Below, in pieces: positions 1 to 11,285 of a stretch of DNA of 64,000 bases; position 1 is the first letter of the stretch, and each line of letters starts with the position of its first letter. Position numbers and translations under genes: made by a program. The notes below the pieces were generated by a model. It saw only the letters and a program-made list of their open reading frames with translations. It was not told where the DNA came from and ran no database searches. This DNA comes from Podarcis erhardii (lineage: Eukaryota), in the NCBI GenBank assembly GCA_964252035.1, contig OZ176203.1. One strand, 5' to 3'.

Positions 1-296
1 TGTGTTTTAGTATGCTATTTTCACTTATATATGCATTTTTATGCACACATTTCCCCAACATATGTACCTTTGCACATGCTACTTGGCTGGAGAACGACAT
101 TGCAAAATTCAGATAAGTGTAATTTTTGAAGGATGGCTGTGTTTGGGTTCATGTATTGTTTTTAAACTACTAAGTGAATTGAAATTCCTCCCTATTGGTA
201 TATAAGCTGAGCTTATTATGTATAGACATAAAGCCATTTTCCACTACTTTTTCTGGTGCTGTTTCAGTAGCAATTCTTATTTATTTATTTTTGCAG

Positions 297-448
297 TTCA
301 AAATGAAGATCTGCTGCCAGGAACTTCTGCCACTATTGCAATTTGCATTTTGGTGGCCATCTTTTCCCTTGGTCTATTGCTCTTTTTTATCTGGTACCGC
401 TGGAGGAGGCTACACCCAGCCAATGAGAAGCAAGACCTTCTATGCATG
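297..448 (+). CDS. Transmembrane exon of an unidentified type I membrane protein (gene begins upstream of window)
   Basis: Acceptor tttttgcag|297 (phase 1), donor atg|gtaaat after 448 (phase 0). Encodes QNEDLLPGTSATIAICILVAIFSLGLLLFFIWYRWRRLHPANEKQDLLCM: a hydrophobic run of about 20 aa followed by basic YRWRR. Confidence 0.75.
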
Positions 449-455
449 GTAAATA

Positions 456-456
<1 letters not shown>

Positions 457-499
<43 letters not shown>

Positions 500-500
500 C

Positions 501-547
<47 letters not shown>

Positions 548-548
548 A
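457..548. repeat. Compound microsatellite (ATTG)n then (AGAA)n
   Basis: Seen directly: ATTG units 457-499, AGAA units 501-548. Confidence 0.95.
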
Positions 549-1387
549 TTTGACAAAGTTGTACAAAAAAGTTTTTTTAAAAAAATATCCACAAGACTTA
601 AGATTTCAGGCTTCTAGAAAACTGAATTTCAAAAACAAGATTCAAAAGTTGAATTTGAATTCTAAAATATTGATGCATTTTGTTTTTTGTTTGTTTTGTT
701 TAAAAAACCTCCAAACTTCTTAATGCCTTCTTAAGTAGCAAAAGTTTACCATCCAGCCTCTTTTATGTTCTAGATATTGAGGCAATTGATTTTGCTGTCC
801 TACAGAGCATCCTTAGGTGACAACCATCATAAAGTTCACTAGTAACTTGGCACCTCACAATGTTTGTAATGCTTCAACATTCTGTAGAAGTGACAGAGAA
901 GGAAGAGAAAAATTGGTACAAGCTTTACAGCAGGAATGGTTCATAAACTTTCCAGCCTAAGCTGCAATACTAGAAGGTGCCCTTTCTCCATTCTGTGTAC
1001 AGAAGTCTACTGGACTAGCAGTTGAATCTGATTTCAGAACTGGTGATGGAACAGCAGACTAGCTTAGGGGATGATGGGTAGACCATGTAGTACATGCAAC
1101 TCCAGTAAAGGGGACCATTGAAGCAGGCCACCAGTTCTTACCAGCACCTGCTCTCTGAGGTCCTCTGCGTAACATTAGGGATGGCCCTGCTGCAAAAACT
1201 AAACTCCTTTGCATCTTTAGAAGTCATCATACTTGCCAATGGTTTGAAGCCAATATATATGGTCAATGTGAGAAGATATTTCCCTGCTGCAGTTTCTGAA
1301 GAGAACACATTTACATGCAAAAGTCAGCGTTCTTGAACTGCCCATCTAGTTCACCATCTTTGAAGTAAAATCTGTCTCTGTTGATAG

Positions 1388-1492
1388 GTTCTTTCTGTAT
1401 GTCCTGGATGCACGACGGGTACAAGCTATTCCTATACTCAGGAACAAGTTGTAGTGGAACCATTTCCTGAAGAAAGCCCTCTGAACAGATGA
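1388..1492 (+). CDS. Candidate terminal (cytoplasmic) exon of the upstream membrane gene
   Basis: Acceptor tctgtctctgttgatag|; phase 0 matches the 448 donor. Reads VLSVCPGCTTGTSYSYTQEQVVVEPFPEESPLNR*; AATAAA at 1684-1689. No homology support. Confidence 0.45.
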   Translation, partial: VLSVCPGCTTGTSYSYTQEQVVVEPFPEESPLNR

Positions 1493-2084
1493 AATATATT
1501 TTGGACAAACAACACCAGACTTTTTAGAATGTGAACTCAGAATGTTTCTGTGTGAACAGAGAATTGCATGCTGGATTCTATATTACGTTCATATAAAATC
1601 TTCAGTAGGATCTTCAGGAATTAAGCTACGTTGCCCAATATTATGATTATTTATTTGAAAAATCTGTTTATATAGACTAGAATAATAAAAACAGAACATA
1701 TTTATTTGCTACATATTTTATGCATGCACTGGAATTCTGAAACTGTGAACTCCGAGGGCCAGTTTGCTGTTGTGACACTTAAAAATGCAGTGGAAATTCA
1801 AATGAAAAATGACTCAGTCCATCTGATAAAAGTGAGACAGACATGACTGGCTTGAAGATAAAGTTCTGATTCTGTTGCTGGGTTAAGGGAGGTGACATGT
1901 ATGGAAAACACATATTAAAATACTTCAAGATCGTTAAGGGAAAAAGGAAACTCGTTGAACCTTTTTACATCGTGAGTATATATGTGAGGCAGTCACGATA
2001 AAACAGCTCACTAAATATTGAGAAAGCTTGGGTGTATATGTTATATTGGTGAATCATAATACTACAATACTACACAATACTACA

Positions 2085-2340
2085 CTATTGGTGTAGTGGT
2101 TAAGAGCGGTTGACTCGTAATCTGGGGAACCGGGTTCGATTCCCCGCTCCTCCACATGCAGCTGCTGGGTGACCTTGGGCCAGTCACACTTCTCTGAAGT
2201 CTCTCAGCCCCATTCACCTCACAGAGTGTTTGTTGTGGGGGAGGAAGGGAAAGGAGAATGTGAGCCGCTTTGAGACTCCTTCGGGTAGTGATAAAGCGGG
2301 ATATCAAATCCAAATCCAAAAAAAAAATAAAAAAAAAATA
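2085..2340 (+). mobile_element. tRNA-derived MIR/Ther1-related SINE (Squam3-type)
   Basis: tggtgtagtggttaagagc head, B-box-like ggttcgattccc, body shared with copies at 7894 and 47595, A-rich tail. Confidence 0.85.
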
Positions 2341-2666
2341 GATGACTCTCATTCACTCCCACCTTTACTAGTGACCAGGGCTGCTCCCTATTTTCTTGTA
2401 TCTAAACCTGGTAGAACGCTTCTGGTTTGCCTTTTGGAAAGATGTTAGGATGCTTTAAAAAATACACCAAAGGGTGGTTCTAAGCTGGAGTTGACCTTAA
2501 AAGCTCTAAACCATTTGAGACCAGCCACTTTCTCCTATGTATACCTACCTGAGTCTTGACATCCTCTTCAGAGGTGCTTCTTCAGATGCTTCTGGCAAGT
2601 GAAATGAGGCAGGTGACTACCGGGAAGAAGATGCTCTTGGTGGTAGCAGCCAGTTGTGGAATATTG

Positions 2667-2730
2667 TAGAATTGTAGAGTTGGAAGAGATGTAGGGTCAT
2701 CTAGTCCAACCCCCTGTGATGTAGGAATTT
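2667..2730 (-). mobile_element. CR1-like 3' tail fragment (CR1 or CR1-tailed SINE)
   Basis: tagaattgtagagttggaag...gtcatctagtccaacccc, the reverse of a CR1-type 3' end. Confidence 0.6.
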
Positions 2731-3000
2731 CAACTGGCTGTTATAATTAAACAACATGAGGAATCACAGTTCTCATAAAGGTGTCTCAGAGGGTGGCCTC
2801 CGAATGAGATTGTTATAATGGTTGCTGTTTTATTTAATTTATTTGTCGGTGGTTTATATGAGAAAAAGTCTCAAAGCAACTTTCTAAAAACTTTTAGAAT
2901 CCGTAGTTTTAATGGTGTTAGCAATGTCCCAGTAAGCCAGGGGAGTGAGAGTTAATCATAAAAGGAAAAGGAGACAAAATCATTATTAGCCTAAGCTTCC

Positions 3001-3237
3001 CCATGACGGGGTGAGCTCCCGTTGCTCGGTCCCTGCTCCTGCCAACCTAGCAGTTCAAAAGCACGTCAAAGTGCAAGTAGATAAATAGGTACCACTCCAG
3101 CGGGAAGGTAAACGGCGTTTCCGTGCACTGCTCTGGTTCGCCAGAAGCGGCTTAGTCATGCCGGCCACATGACCCGGAAGCTGTCTGCGGACAAACACCG
3201 GCTCCCTAATGGTCAGGGGTCCCTTTACCTTTACCTT
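3001..3237 (+). mobile_element. Sauria SINE, 5'-truncated with internal deletion
   Basis: Matches the copies at 23507-24228 and 28803; (ACCTTT)n tail. Confidence 0.9.
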
Positions 3238-3576
3238 AATATCTCCAGGTGGGGGCAACAGCTCATTCATAAAAGAAAAGGAAAAATGCCATTGGGGAAA
3301 AGTGGTGTCATCATTCAACATACCTTTTCACAGGATAGTCTTGTGAGGGGACCTCAAACTCCCAATTCTTGCAATGTTCTTTTTTGTCAGACCCAATGCA
3401 TAAAACTGTGGCTCCTATTTAACTGAAGTCATTGGCTATATAATATTTTATTATGCAGTCCCATCATATTCCATTCTACACAAATAATACCAAGAAGAGG
3501 GTTGTATTTTCTTGGGCTTGAGTTTAGTTGTCATTTTCAGCTAAATGACTCATCGTTGGATGGGAAGAGTGTCTGA

Positions 3577-3590
3577 TGCCATCTGGTGGT
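3577..3590 (-). promoter_or_regulatory. CTCF-like motif
   Basis: Reverse complement reads ACCACCAGATGGCA, matching the CCASYAGRKGGCR core. Motif match only. Confidence 0.35.
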
Positions 3591-4342
3591 GCTTCTGCGA
3601 CCAACGGCAATGCAAGCTGAAGTCACTTCTGAGCTTCTTAGAGAAACACCACAGACTTCACCACTTGCATTTTTGGTCTTCCTCCCTCCTCCACTATTTA
3701 CATTCCCCGCCATACTTATAAATGTGTGTGAATTGAGCATGCCTTATGCCTCTGGAGAAGGTGGCGGTGGTGTGGTTTTGTCAGTGAAAATTCATGCAGC
3801 AATATTCATGCACCACCACCTTCTCCAGAGGCATAAGTCATCTGCCTGTAAGGTGCTATACTTTGTGTGCTTGCTGAAGCATATACAATGCAGAGTCCTT
3901 TCTACAGACATATCTGCCAATGCGCAAGGGCACAGTGTAGGGGGGGGGGCAGTGAAGCAGTGGTCCAGGGTGCATATTTTTGAGGGGGTGCAATGCAGGC
4001 GCCCCTGGTGCAGTGTTCCTCTCCCAGTGTCAGTGGAACCAATAGAGAGGTTACCGATGGACTATATTGTCTAAATTTGTTCATGCAATAGTGATAGACT
4101 TTTATTTTCTGCAAATCTATTACATATTCTCTGTTCAAGAATTGCTACGCTTGGAGTTTCTATTATCGCATGATTACAGGATTGGGACTATTGAAAGGCT
4201 TGTTTGCCTCTGTGATATTGATTGATTACCTTCTGTATTTTGTTCATACAATATTGATTTATTTGTATCTCCATCATATATTCTCTGTTTAAGAATTGTG
4301 AAATAATACAGGTTATATATATTTTGTTAGAACATTATTAGC

Positions 4343-5046
4343 TTCAAAATATATAATGAGTTTAAAAAATTGTGGTGCTGGAAAGCCATCAGGTGATGAA
4401 ACTGGTGCCAAGGTAGAGCGAGCTGATGGGTATGAGCCCCCTGTGCAAGAGTCTGTCTAAAATCAGATACAGAAATAAAAAAAGATTTAATATATATATA
4501 TATAAATTGTTCAGATACACCTTTCCAAAGAGACCTGAAGCATTTATATTAGGAATGATTGGAGTGGAAATACCAAAAATAGATCAAAAACAGTTTATGT
4601 ATGCTACAACGGCAGCATGAATTTTACGAGCCCAAAAATGGAAACAGCAGGAGCTACCAACAATAGAAGAATGGCAGGCGAAAGTAATGGAGTATGCAGA
4701 AATGGCAAAGCTGACCGGACACATCTGGAACCAGAGTGAGCAAGCATTCCAGAACGAATGGACTAAATTTATATTATACTTAGAGACTCACTCTACACAT
4801 ATAAAGACACCAGCAGGACTGAGATAGGGCTCACTTCATGAGAAGAATCAACATTCTATTTCAGCCAAGTAACGTTAAATATAGGATGGAGATGTTATAA
4901 ATGTGCAAAATAAAATGTAACAAAAGGAAACCAGAAAAAGGATGGAGGGAAGTCGAAAGCTTGGCAGAGCAAATGATATAACGGTTGTTATGTTATGGTA
5001 TTATATAATTGTTAAAAGTTGAAAATTAATAAAAATTATATACACA
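4343..5046 (+). mobile_element. 5'-truncated L1 (ORF2 C-terminus + 3'UTR), interrupted by a retrocopy
   Basis: 14-bp TSD agaacattattagc (4329-4342 and 5047-5060). With 4373-4509 removed it reads [25 protein letters not shown]...YATTAA*ILRAQKWK...EWQAKVMEYAEMAKLT, typical of squamate L1 ORF2 ends. Confidence 0.85.
4373..4503 (+). pseudogene. RPS3A: 5'-truncated processed pseudogene of ribosomal protein eS1/S3a
   Basis: 4374-4460 encodes [28 protein letters not shown], the RPS3A C-terminus. Followed by a short 3'UTR, AATAAA (4474-4479) and a (TA)n tail; flanked by aaattg duplication (4367-4372, 4504-4509). Confidence 0.92.
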
Positions 5047-5307
5047 AGAACATTATTAGCCTCGTGTTGCCTGTCATTGCTTAAATAACAATCTTGCTTA
5101 GGAGAGGCAGAACTAAGATGTGGAGATATGCTTCAGAGGTCCAGATTATGGGGAGCTCTGAAAAATTAATAATTATAATTTGGATTATAATTTGGTCTTC
5201 TTTATTTTAGTTTTTTATTTTAATTGGATTATGATTGGATATATTAATTGGATGTTTTTTATTGGAAAATTAATAAAAGTCATTTTTTTAAAAAAAAAAA
5301 TACAATA

Positions 5308-5542
5308 CAGTGGTACCTCTGGATATGAACAGGATCCATTCCAGAACCCTGTTCGCATCCTGAAGCGACCGCAACCCGCATCCATTCGCGATTCGCTCCT
5401 TCCGTGCATGACATCATTTTGACCGTCTGCGCATGTGCGAGCGGCGAAACCTGGAAGTAACATGTTCCGTTACTTCCGGGTCACTGCGGAGCGCAACCCG
5501 AAAGCGCTCAACCTGAAGCAACTTCAACCCGAGGTATGACTG
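5308..5542. mobile_element. Tc1/mariner (Tigger-like) MITE
   Basis: TIRs cagtggtacctc / gaggtatgactg, flanked by TA on both sides. Confidence 0.8.
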
Positions 5543-6687
5543 TATTGCTTAATATTGTCTGTTTTTGCAACACAGGGGATTTCCTTTGTTACATACCTCT
5601 CCCAGAGTCAGCGGAACCAACAGAGAGGAGCACCGTGTCAGGCCATGCTGGGGGCACTGCTGTGGGTGTGCCTCATTCATGCCTGCCAAGTACTGTGTTG
5701 AGTGGCCAGGCTCCTCCTGTGTGGGTGGGCAGGCAACACAGTGTGGCTCTTCTTGTGTGGGGGTCGCTCTGGCGGTGTCAGCGGTGAGGGCTGGGGGGCT
5801 GGGGTGAGATCCTCCACCCTCCACCCTTTGTGACCCATTCCCTGGCACACACACATGCTCCCCCCAGCACGCATGCCCACCCCGGGTGCTGGGAGCTCAT
5901 GGTACGCGGCTGCCTATGTGTGAACACCAGGATGGGGTTGAGCTGTTATACCATGATGGAATGGAAAGGGAAATAAGTGTAGACCCACTCTTGACCTTCA
6001 CATGGTTACAATGGCTTGGAAGACAGGACCTCAAGAGGGCCAAAGAAACAGCCTGCACACGAAAACATATTTGGGTTAAGGATATTGTCTGTTTCTTCAG
6101 GACACAGCAGTTTCAATAATCTATGTAAGAGCCTAAAATGTTTTAAAAGAAATTGAACAAAGTTGGTGCTAGAAGACCAGTATATTATATCGCCTATTAA
6201 GGCCTTCAGACAATGCCGTTACTCTTCCAAAGTCACTAGAGTGGCACTATCTGTTTAATGAGAACTAATTCAGTGCAATTGTGTTTTGTTTACTGCTGTT
6301 TCTGCCAATTTCGTCCGAGGCCTTATCTGATCTCAGAACTGGGTGCCCCTTTAAGATCTATGAATTGAATACCTCTTAAAATAGTCTGTTACCTCTTGAC
6401 TTTTTCATTGTTAAACAGGCAGGCTGAAAACAATGCTCTATACAAGAGTATCCTTTTCAAAAACCTGCTTTCCCCTTTATATCAGTTTCATGAATCTGTG
6501 ACAATAAAGAAGATGGCTCTTGTACAAATTCAGCAGGAACGCTTAAAAAGCTGACTGGTTTGACTGCTAAGCTTTTTCCTTAACACTGGAACAAAAATTA
6601 TAGATTCATTTCATTGCTTAAGGAAACAGATGTGCTTAATTTTTGTTTATTTTCAAAACGGGGTAGTGCAAATTCATCCAGTAATTT

Positions 6688-6738
<51 letters not shown>

Positions 6739-6739
6739 A
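6688..6739. repeat. (AGAA)n microsatellite
   Basis: Seen directly. Confidence 0.95.
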
Positions 6740-7006
6740 TATATATATATTCCTCTGGAGCTGTTAAAGAGAAGACACCATCATTTTGATGACGTAATTA
6801 TGGCTGCTGATAACAATAACAGTAATTTGAAACTGTTAAAGAAGAGGCCATATTATTATAATAATTTATTGGGGGGGGGATTCAAGGCAACTTACATGTT
6901 ACAGTAAGATGTATTTTTAAAAAACAAAAGAAGTAGTAATTAACATATAAAAAGTAATCAGGACCCTTCCCAAAGGGCACCTGGTGGTAGAGGAGAGAGT
7001 TCAGTT

Positions 7007-7130
7007 ATAGAATTAAAGAGTTGGAAGGGACCACAAGAATCATCTAATCCAACCACCTTCAATGCAAGACTATTTTGCCCAAATCTTTGCCCAAAGATTA
7101 AGAGTCTCATGCTCTACCAACTGAGCTACA
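7007..7130 (-). mobile_element. tRNA-derived SINE with CR1-like tail
   Basis: Reverse strand has a tagctcagttggtagagcatgagactcttaatct head and a CR1-type tail. Confidence 0.65.
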
Positions 7131-7893
7131 GTCTTTACAGAATCTTTTTAATTTGTCAACTTCTCAACCCAAGCCTTTCAAAGCTGAACAGATTTATTGG
7201 GGAAGTGAGATCCCAGAAATGTCTTTCTTTTTCTTTCTTTGTTAAACATGATAGCATGCTATTCCTCATTTGGCATCTCTTGAGATTTGCTATACACAAG
7301 AGCCCAAAAAATGAGCAGTTGAGAGATTCAAAAGCAAAAATAATACTATGATAATAGCTGGAATAATTTTTTGCATTTTATTTTTTTACGTTTTTCTTAA
7401 TTTTTGACATTAACATAACAATAACAAAGAAATAAACAAGGGAAGAGACCAAGGCTGGGCAATACATTTTTGCACCTGAGTCGAACCAGAAAATGGCTGA
7501 GTTTGGTTTGAGCCAGGGGTCAATTTCTCTTGCAAAACCTATTTCCAAACTGTGAAAAGTGTGGAATGAATGGATGAGAGAAATATCTTGTGAACAACTC
7601 AGAAATGAAAATGGGATCAGCGCCCGATTTAGGGTATCATAGGATGATTTCACTGCAAGGGGCACCAAGCCGAGGGCACACAAAATTATAATAAATAAAA
7701 AAGGAATTTTTGTGTAAATAATAAATATTTAAGTGGAGGACACCAAATTTTGTCCTTGCCATAGGAAATGTCCAGGGGTTTGGGGGTATTTATTGGGGGG
7801 GGGGGTTGGCTCAGGTGTGGGCAGCTTGGGTGCAGGCTGCTCTGCATGCCATGGCTGCTGCCAGCCTGAGCCAGCAAAAGAGGCCTGCATGAG

Positions 7894-8202
7894 AGCCAGT
7901 GTGGTGAAGTGGTTAAGAGCGATAGACTCACAATCCGGGGAACCGGGTTCGCGACTCCACTCCTCCACATGCAGCTGCTGGGTGACCTCGGGCTAGTCAC
8001 ACTTCTTTGAAGTCTCTCAGCCCCACTCACCTCACAGAGTGTTTGTTGTGGGGGAGGAAGGGAAACGAGAATGTTAGCCGCTTTGAGACTCCTTCGGGTA
8101 GTGATAAAGTGGGATATCAAATCCAAACTCCTCCTCCTCCTCCTCCTCCTCCTCCTCTTCTTCTTCTTCTTCTTCTTCTTCTTCTTCTTCTTCTTCTTCT
8201 TC
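7894..8202 (+). mobile_element. Squam3-type SINE with (CCT)n(CTT)n tail
   Basis: Full head agccagtgtggtgaagtggttaagagc; same body as 2085 copy; trinucleotide tail 8128-8202. Confidence 0.9.
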
Positions 8203-8371
8203 TCTTTCTCCCATTGGTCTGTTAGCGTCTCAGGCTGTCCTCTTTTTGTTCTTCAAGATATGGCAACTATATATATCCTGTATGTAAACTTCGTGCAAGG
8301 AAATCAGGAAGAAAGCTCAATAAACCAGTCATCTAGGAGCTCTAAGAGCAGCAATCAAATTTGTGTTCCTT

Positions 8372-8427
8372 AGGAAGTGGCAGCTGGATGACTCAAAGAG
8401 CTATTATGACTCAAAGAGCTATTATGA
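8372..8427. promoter_or_regulatory. Candidate enhancer: ETS motif, E-box and duplicated AP-1 sites
   Basis: AGGAAGTG 8372-8379, CAGCTG 8381-8386, 18-bp tandem duplication tgactcaaagagctatta giving TGACTCA at 8389 and 8407. Confidence 0.4.
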
Positions 8428-8796
8428 AAGAATGCAACCCAGACCATTCTTCCAGACCGCCTTGCTCACTCACTGGCTGCACACATGAGAGGAGGAGGCT
8501 GAGGTCGGTTAGAAGTTGGGTTGCCATATTTTAAAAAGTAAAATTCCTGATGCCCGCAAAATTGTGATTTCCCCATTTTTACACCCCAAAACCAGGACAT
8601 GTCATGACTTATGGCAATCCTAGTGACAAATTTTCAGTTCCTTTTTTCCCATGAATATTCAAAACAGAATCTAAAATGTAGTTCCTTATTGGGGATGCTC
8701 ATTCAGCATTGTACAAAAGGCGGGACGAACAAATTGGGAATGAGTAACCAACTCCAGTCAGGTCCTAAAGGGTATCTGTTAAGACAAGAATGCAGA

Positions 8797-8908
8797 AACA
8801 TAGAAAGCTGCCTTAAATTGAGTCAGATCATTGGCCTATCTACCTGGAGATGACAGGATTTGAAAGCTGAGGTGTTCCGCATGCAACACAGAAGCTCTAC
8901 CAGTAGCT
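8797..8908 (-). mobile_element. tRNA-Ala-type SINE (Squam2-like), internally deleted
   Basis: catagaaagctgccttaaattgagtcagatcattgg...ctacctggagatg...gctctaccagtagctg; related to the copy at 45315. Confidence 0.6.
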
Positions 8909-10206
8909 GAGGCTCCTGAACAGCTGAAGCTGTTGCTGGTGTTTTATTTTAGATCTTGTTGTGATTTATGTGGAAATTGTTGTTTGACTGTGTATTTTTT
9001 AATGTTTTGTTTATTGTTTATGACTACTTTTACTATGTTGTAGTTAATGTATTGAACTGTTGTATTTTTTTCCCATGATGTAGGCCATCATGGTTTAAAT
9101 GGTATGGATGGATGGATGTATATATGTCTGTATGTCTGTATGTACCACTGAGTTAATGCCTTCCCCCGATGAAAGCTGCTATGGAGATTTTCTCCTTCAT
9201 AATACTAGACTAGAGCTCCAAGCATCAGCCAATCAAGATGCAGGGAACTGAGGAGCACAGGAAGCTTCCTTATCCCAAGTTGGACAATTGGTCCACCTAG
9301 CTCAATAGTATCAACACCGGGGATGGGGTACATAAAGGCCACCCCCACTTCTGGGCAAACCTCTAAGGTCCAAATGCCTGCGGTGATGGAGGCAGAGGAA
9401 AACATGGGCACAGCATTGAGTATACATTTCTTCTTGGCGTAGTAGGGACATCTCCTCATTGCTTGTAGTTTCTCTTACTCCTTCTATGTGTGCCAGCTAT
9501 GCCTCTGTGTACCAACTGCCTTGCATTTACAATATTAAGAAACAATATTTAATACTCCGGCTCTGTAGAATATATAGGGTGGTATTCAAACATGTTTTAC
9601 TCTTAGCAGATCCACTGAAATGAATGAACGTGCCAAAGTTAGAGCCATTACAGTAATTTCAATAGGCTACTCCTGAGTAAAACTTACTTGACTACAACCC
9701 ATAGGTCATTTCTTACTTTAGAAAATTTTATGGTCTCAGGACTTTGGGATTTGTTTAAAGCACAGTCATAAAATAGAACAGGAACAGTAGTAAAGACCTC
9801 GGATTTTTATTTAAAGCATTTCCCTAGTAAAGGGCATCATTAGTTAGGGCCCCTGATAATCCCACAAACATTTTATACAAATATCCTTTCCTTTCTTTAA
9901 CTATATGCTCCCCACCATAGTCACACATCTAGCAGAAGCATCATTTTTCAAAACAGACGCTAATAAGGTAATGGCCAATTTGTGCTCTCAGTTACTGCTC
10001 TATAATCTCTGTTTAGCTCTAAGAGCATGCTTTAGACTTCTGTCTCTCAGAGTTCACTGCCCACCCCCCAACCATTAGGGAGGGAGGACACGGGAGATTA
10101 GACATTCCCAACGCATTTTCCTGCTTTCCTTTTCCACACTGTGGCTTTTCCAGCCTTCACTGGAGGCAGCAACTGCCCTCGTGTGCACTCTTCTTCATAC
10201 CAGAGC

Positions 10207-10218
10207 ATGCGTCCCAAG
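10207..10218 (+). CDS. CD200: CD200 coding exon 1 (MRPK)
   Basis: agcATGcgtcccaag|gtaaga: 12 coding nt and a strong donor, phase 0. Same 12-nt first coding exon as I recall for human CD200. Confidence 0.75.
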
Positions 10219-10593
10219 GTAAGATGCTTGCTGTGATGCAAGTCCAAGGCACAAGCTTGGGGATTTGTCTCCGAACATAGGGAGAAAGTAAAGAGAAAGT
10301 GCCTGCATGTTCTCAAATGAGGCTGAAATTGGTGTTTGCTTAAATCGGTCCAAAGCCGTACTGCCTGAATTCAGTTTGCCTCCGGCATTCAATTAGCTCA
10401 AGAGTAGTGGCGCAATTAGTTTTAGCCTCTGGATTCAAATAGGCTTACGAGGGGCACATCTCACTTTAGATAGTCATGAGGCGTGTGCTCACTTCAAAAT
10501 GTGGTAATCCAAGATTGCTGCATTTGGAAGCCCTTCTGCTCGGCTGCCTGGAGTGCGGCCCAGCCCTGCCCTGGCGATGCCATTGCTCAGGAG

Positions 10594-11285
10594 CAGGGCC
10601 AGGTTAAGGTTTGATGAGGCCCTAAGCTACTGAAGATAATGGGGCCCTTTATATGTCCAGCTGTCCTTTGTCAACAATAAATTGTCGCTGTTTTTGTGTG
10701 TTGAATATATGCTATATGGTAATTGATGGACCTAATAGATATCTAAAGCCATTTGCACATAACGAAATAGGTATTTTATCAAAGTAATTGTTGAACTAAA
10801 ATACAATTAAGAAGTATATTAATAGTGAAATAATTACTAAGCTCTAACTTAAAATGATTTTTTATTCATAACAAACTTAACAATGCAAACATCAAAGAGG
10901 AAAGCAGACAGCATATCTGCTAAATAAATCTTCTGGGAAAACAACTTTGTCAGTGGCTAAATTCCTTTTCCTGGCACTCAAGTGTCGGAAATGTATAACT
11001 GAATGCCTTGATGTGGGTTATCTGTGAGAGGTTTAGTACTGTGGCCCTATCTTATTTATGTACCCCTATGATGTTTTAGTTTATAATTCTGTATTGTGTT
11101 TTATTTCTGACTATCGGTCGAATAAAGGAAATTTACAATGCAAACACATTGTCATTTGGCAATAACAAAAGTTCCTTTAGAAACACAATTTACACATTTT
11201 TTTTCCTTTAATTTTTTTTTGGGGGGGCCAAGAGAGTGGGGGCCTAAACTATAGTTTGTTTAGCTTATACATAAATTTGGCACTG
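10594..11285. mobile_element. Non-autonomous hAT DNA transposon
   Basis: Ends cagggccagg / tttggcactg; perfect 8-bp TSD ctcaggag (10586-10593, 11286-11293). Confidence 0.85.
10892..11134 (+). mobile_element. Non-LTR retrotransposon 3' fragment nested in the hAT element
   Basis: 12-bp duplication acaatgcaaaca (10880-10891, 11135-11146). ORF remnant TLSVAKFLFLALKCRK...*, then a 3'UTR ending in AATAAA. Clade not resolved. Confidence 0.55.

Noticed and set aside
490-723. ORF with ERKK repeats (similarly 6614-6907 and 8071-8373)
   Set aside because: Translation of microsatellites.
929-953. Minus-strand GKFMNHSC resembling a SET-domain NHSC motif
   Set aside because: Stop codon two residues upstream and no other SET features.
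817-960. Alternative phase-0 exon VTTIIKF...NFPA* for the upstream gene
   Set aside because: Weak acceptor context; 1388-1492 has a better acceptor and a nearer polyA signal. Not formally excluded.
2085-2160. tRNA-like heads here and at 7894, 28803, 36320, 45315
   Set aside because: These are SINE heads without full cloverleafs, not tRNA genes.
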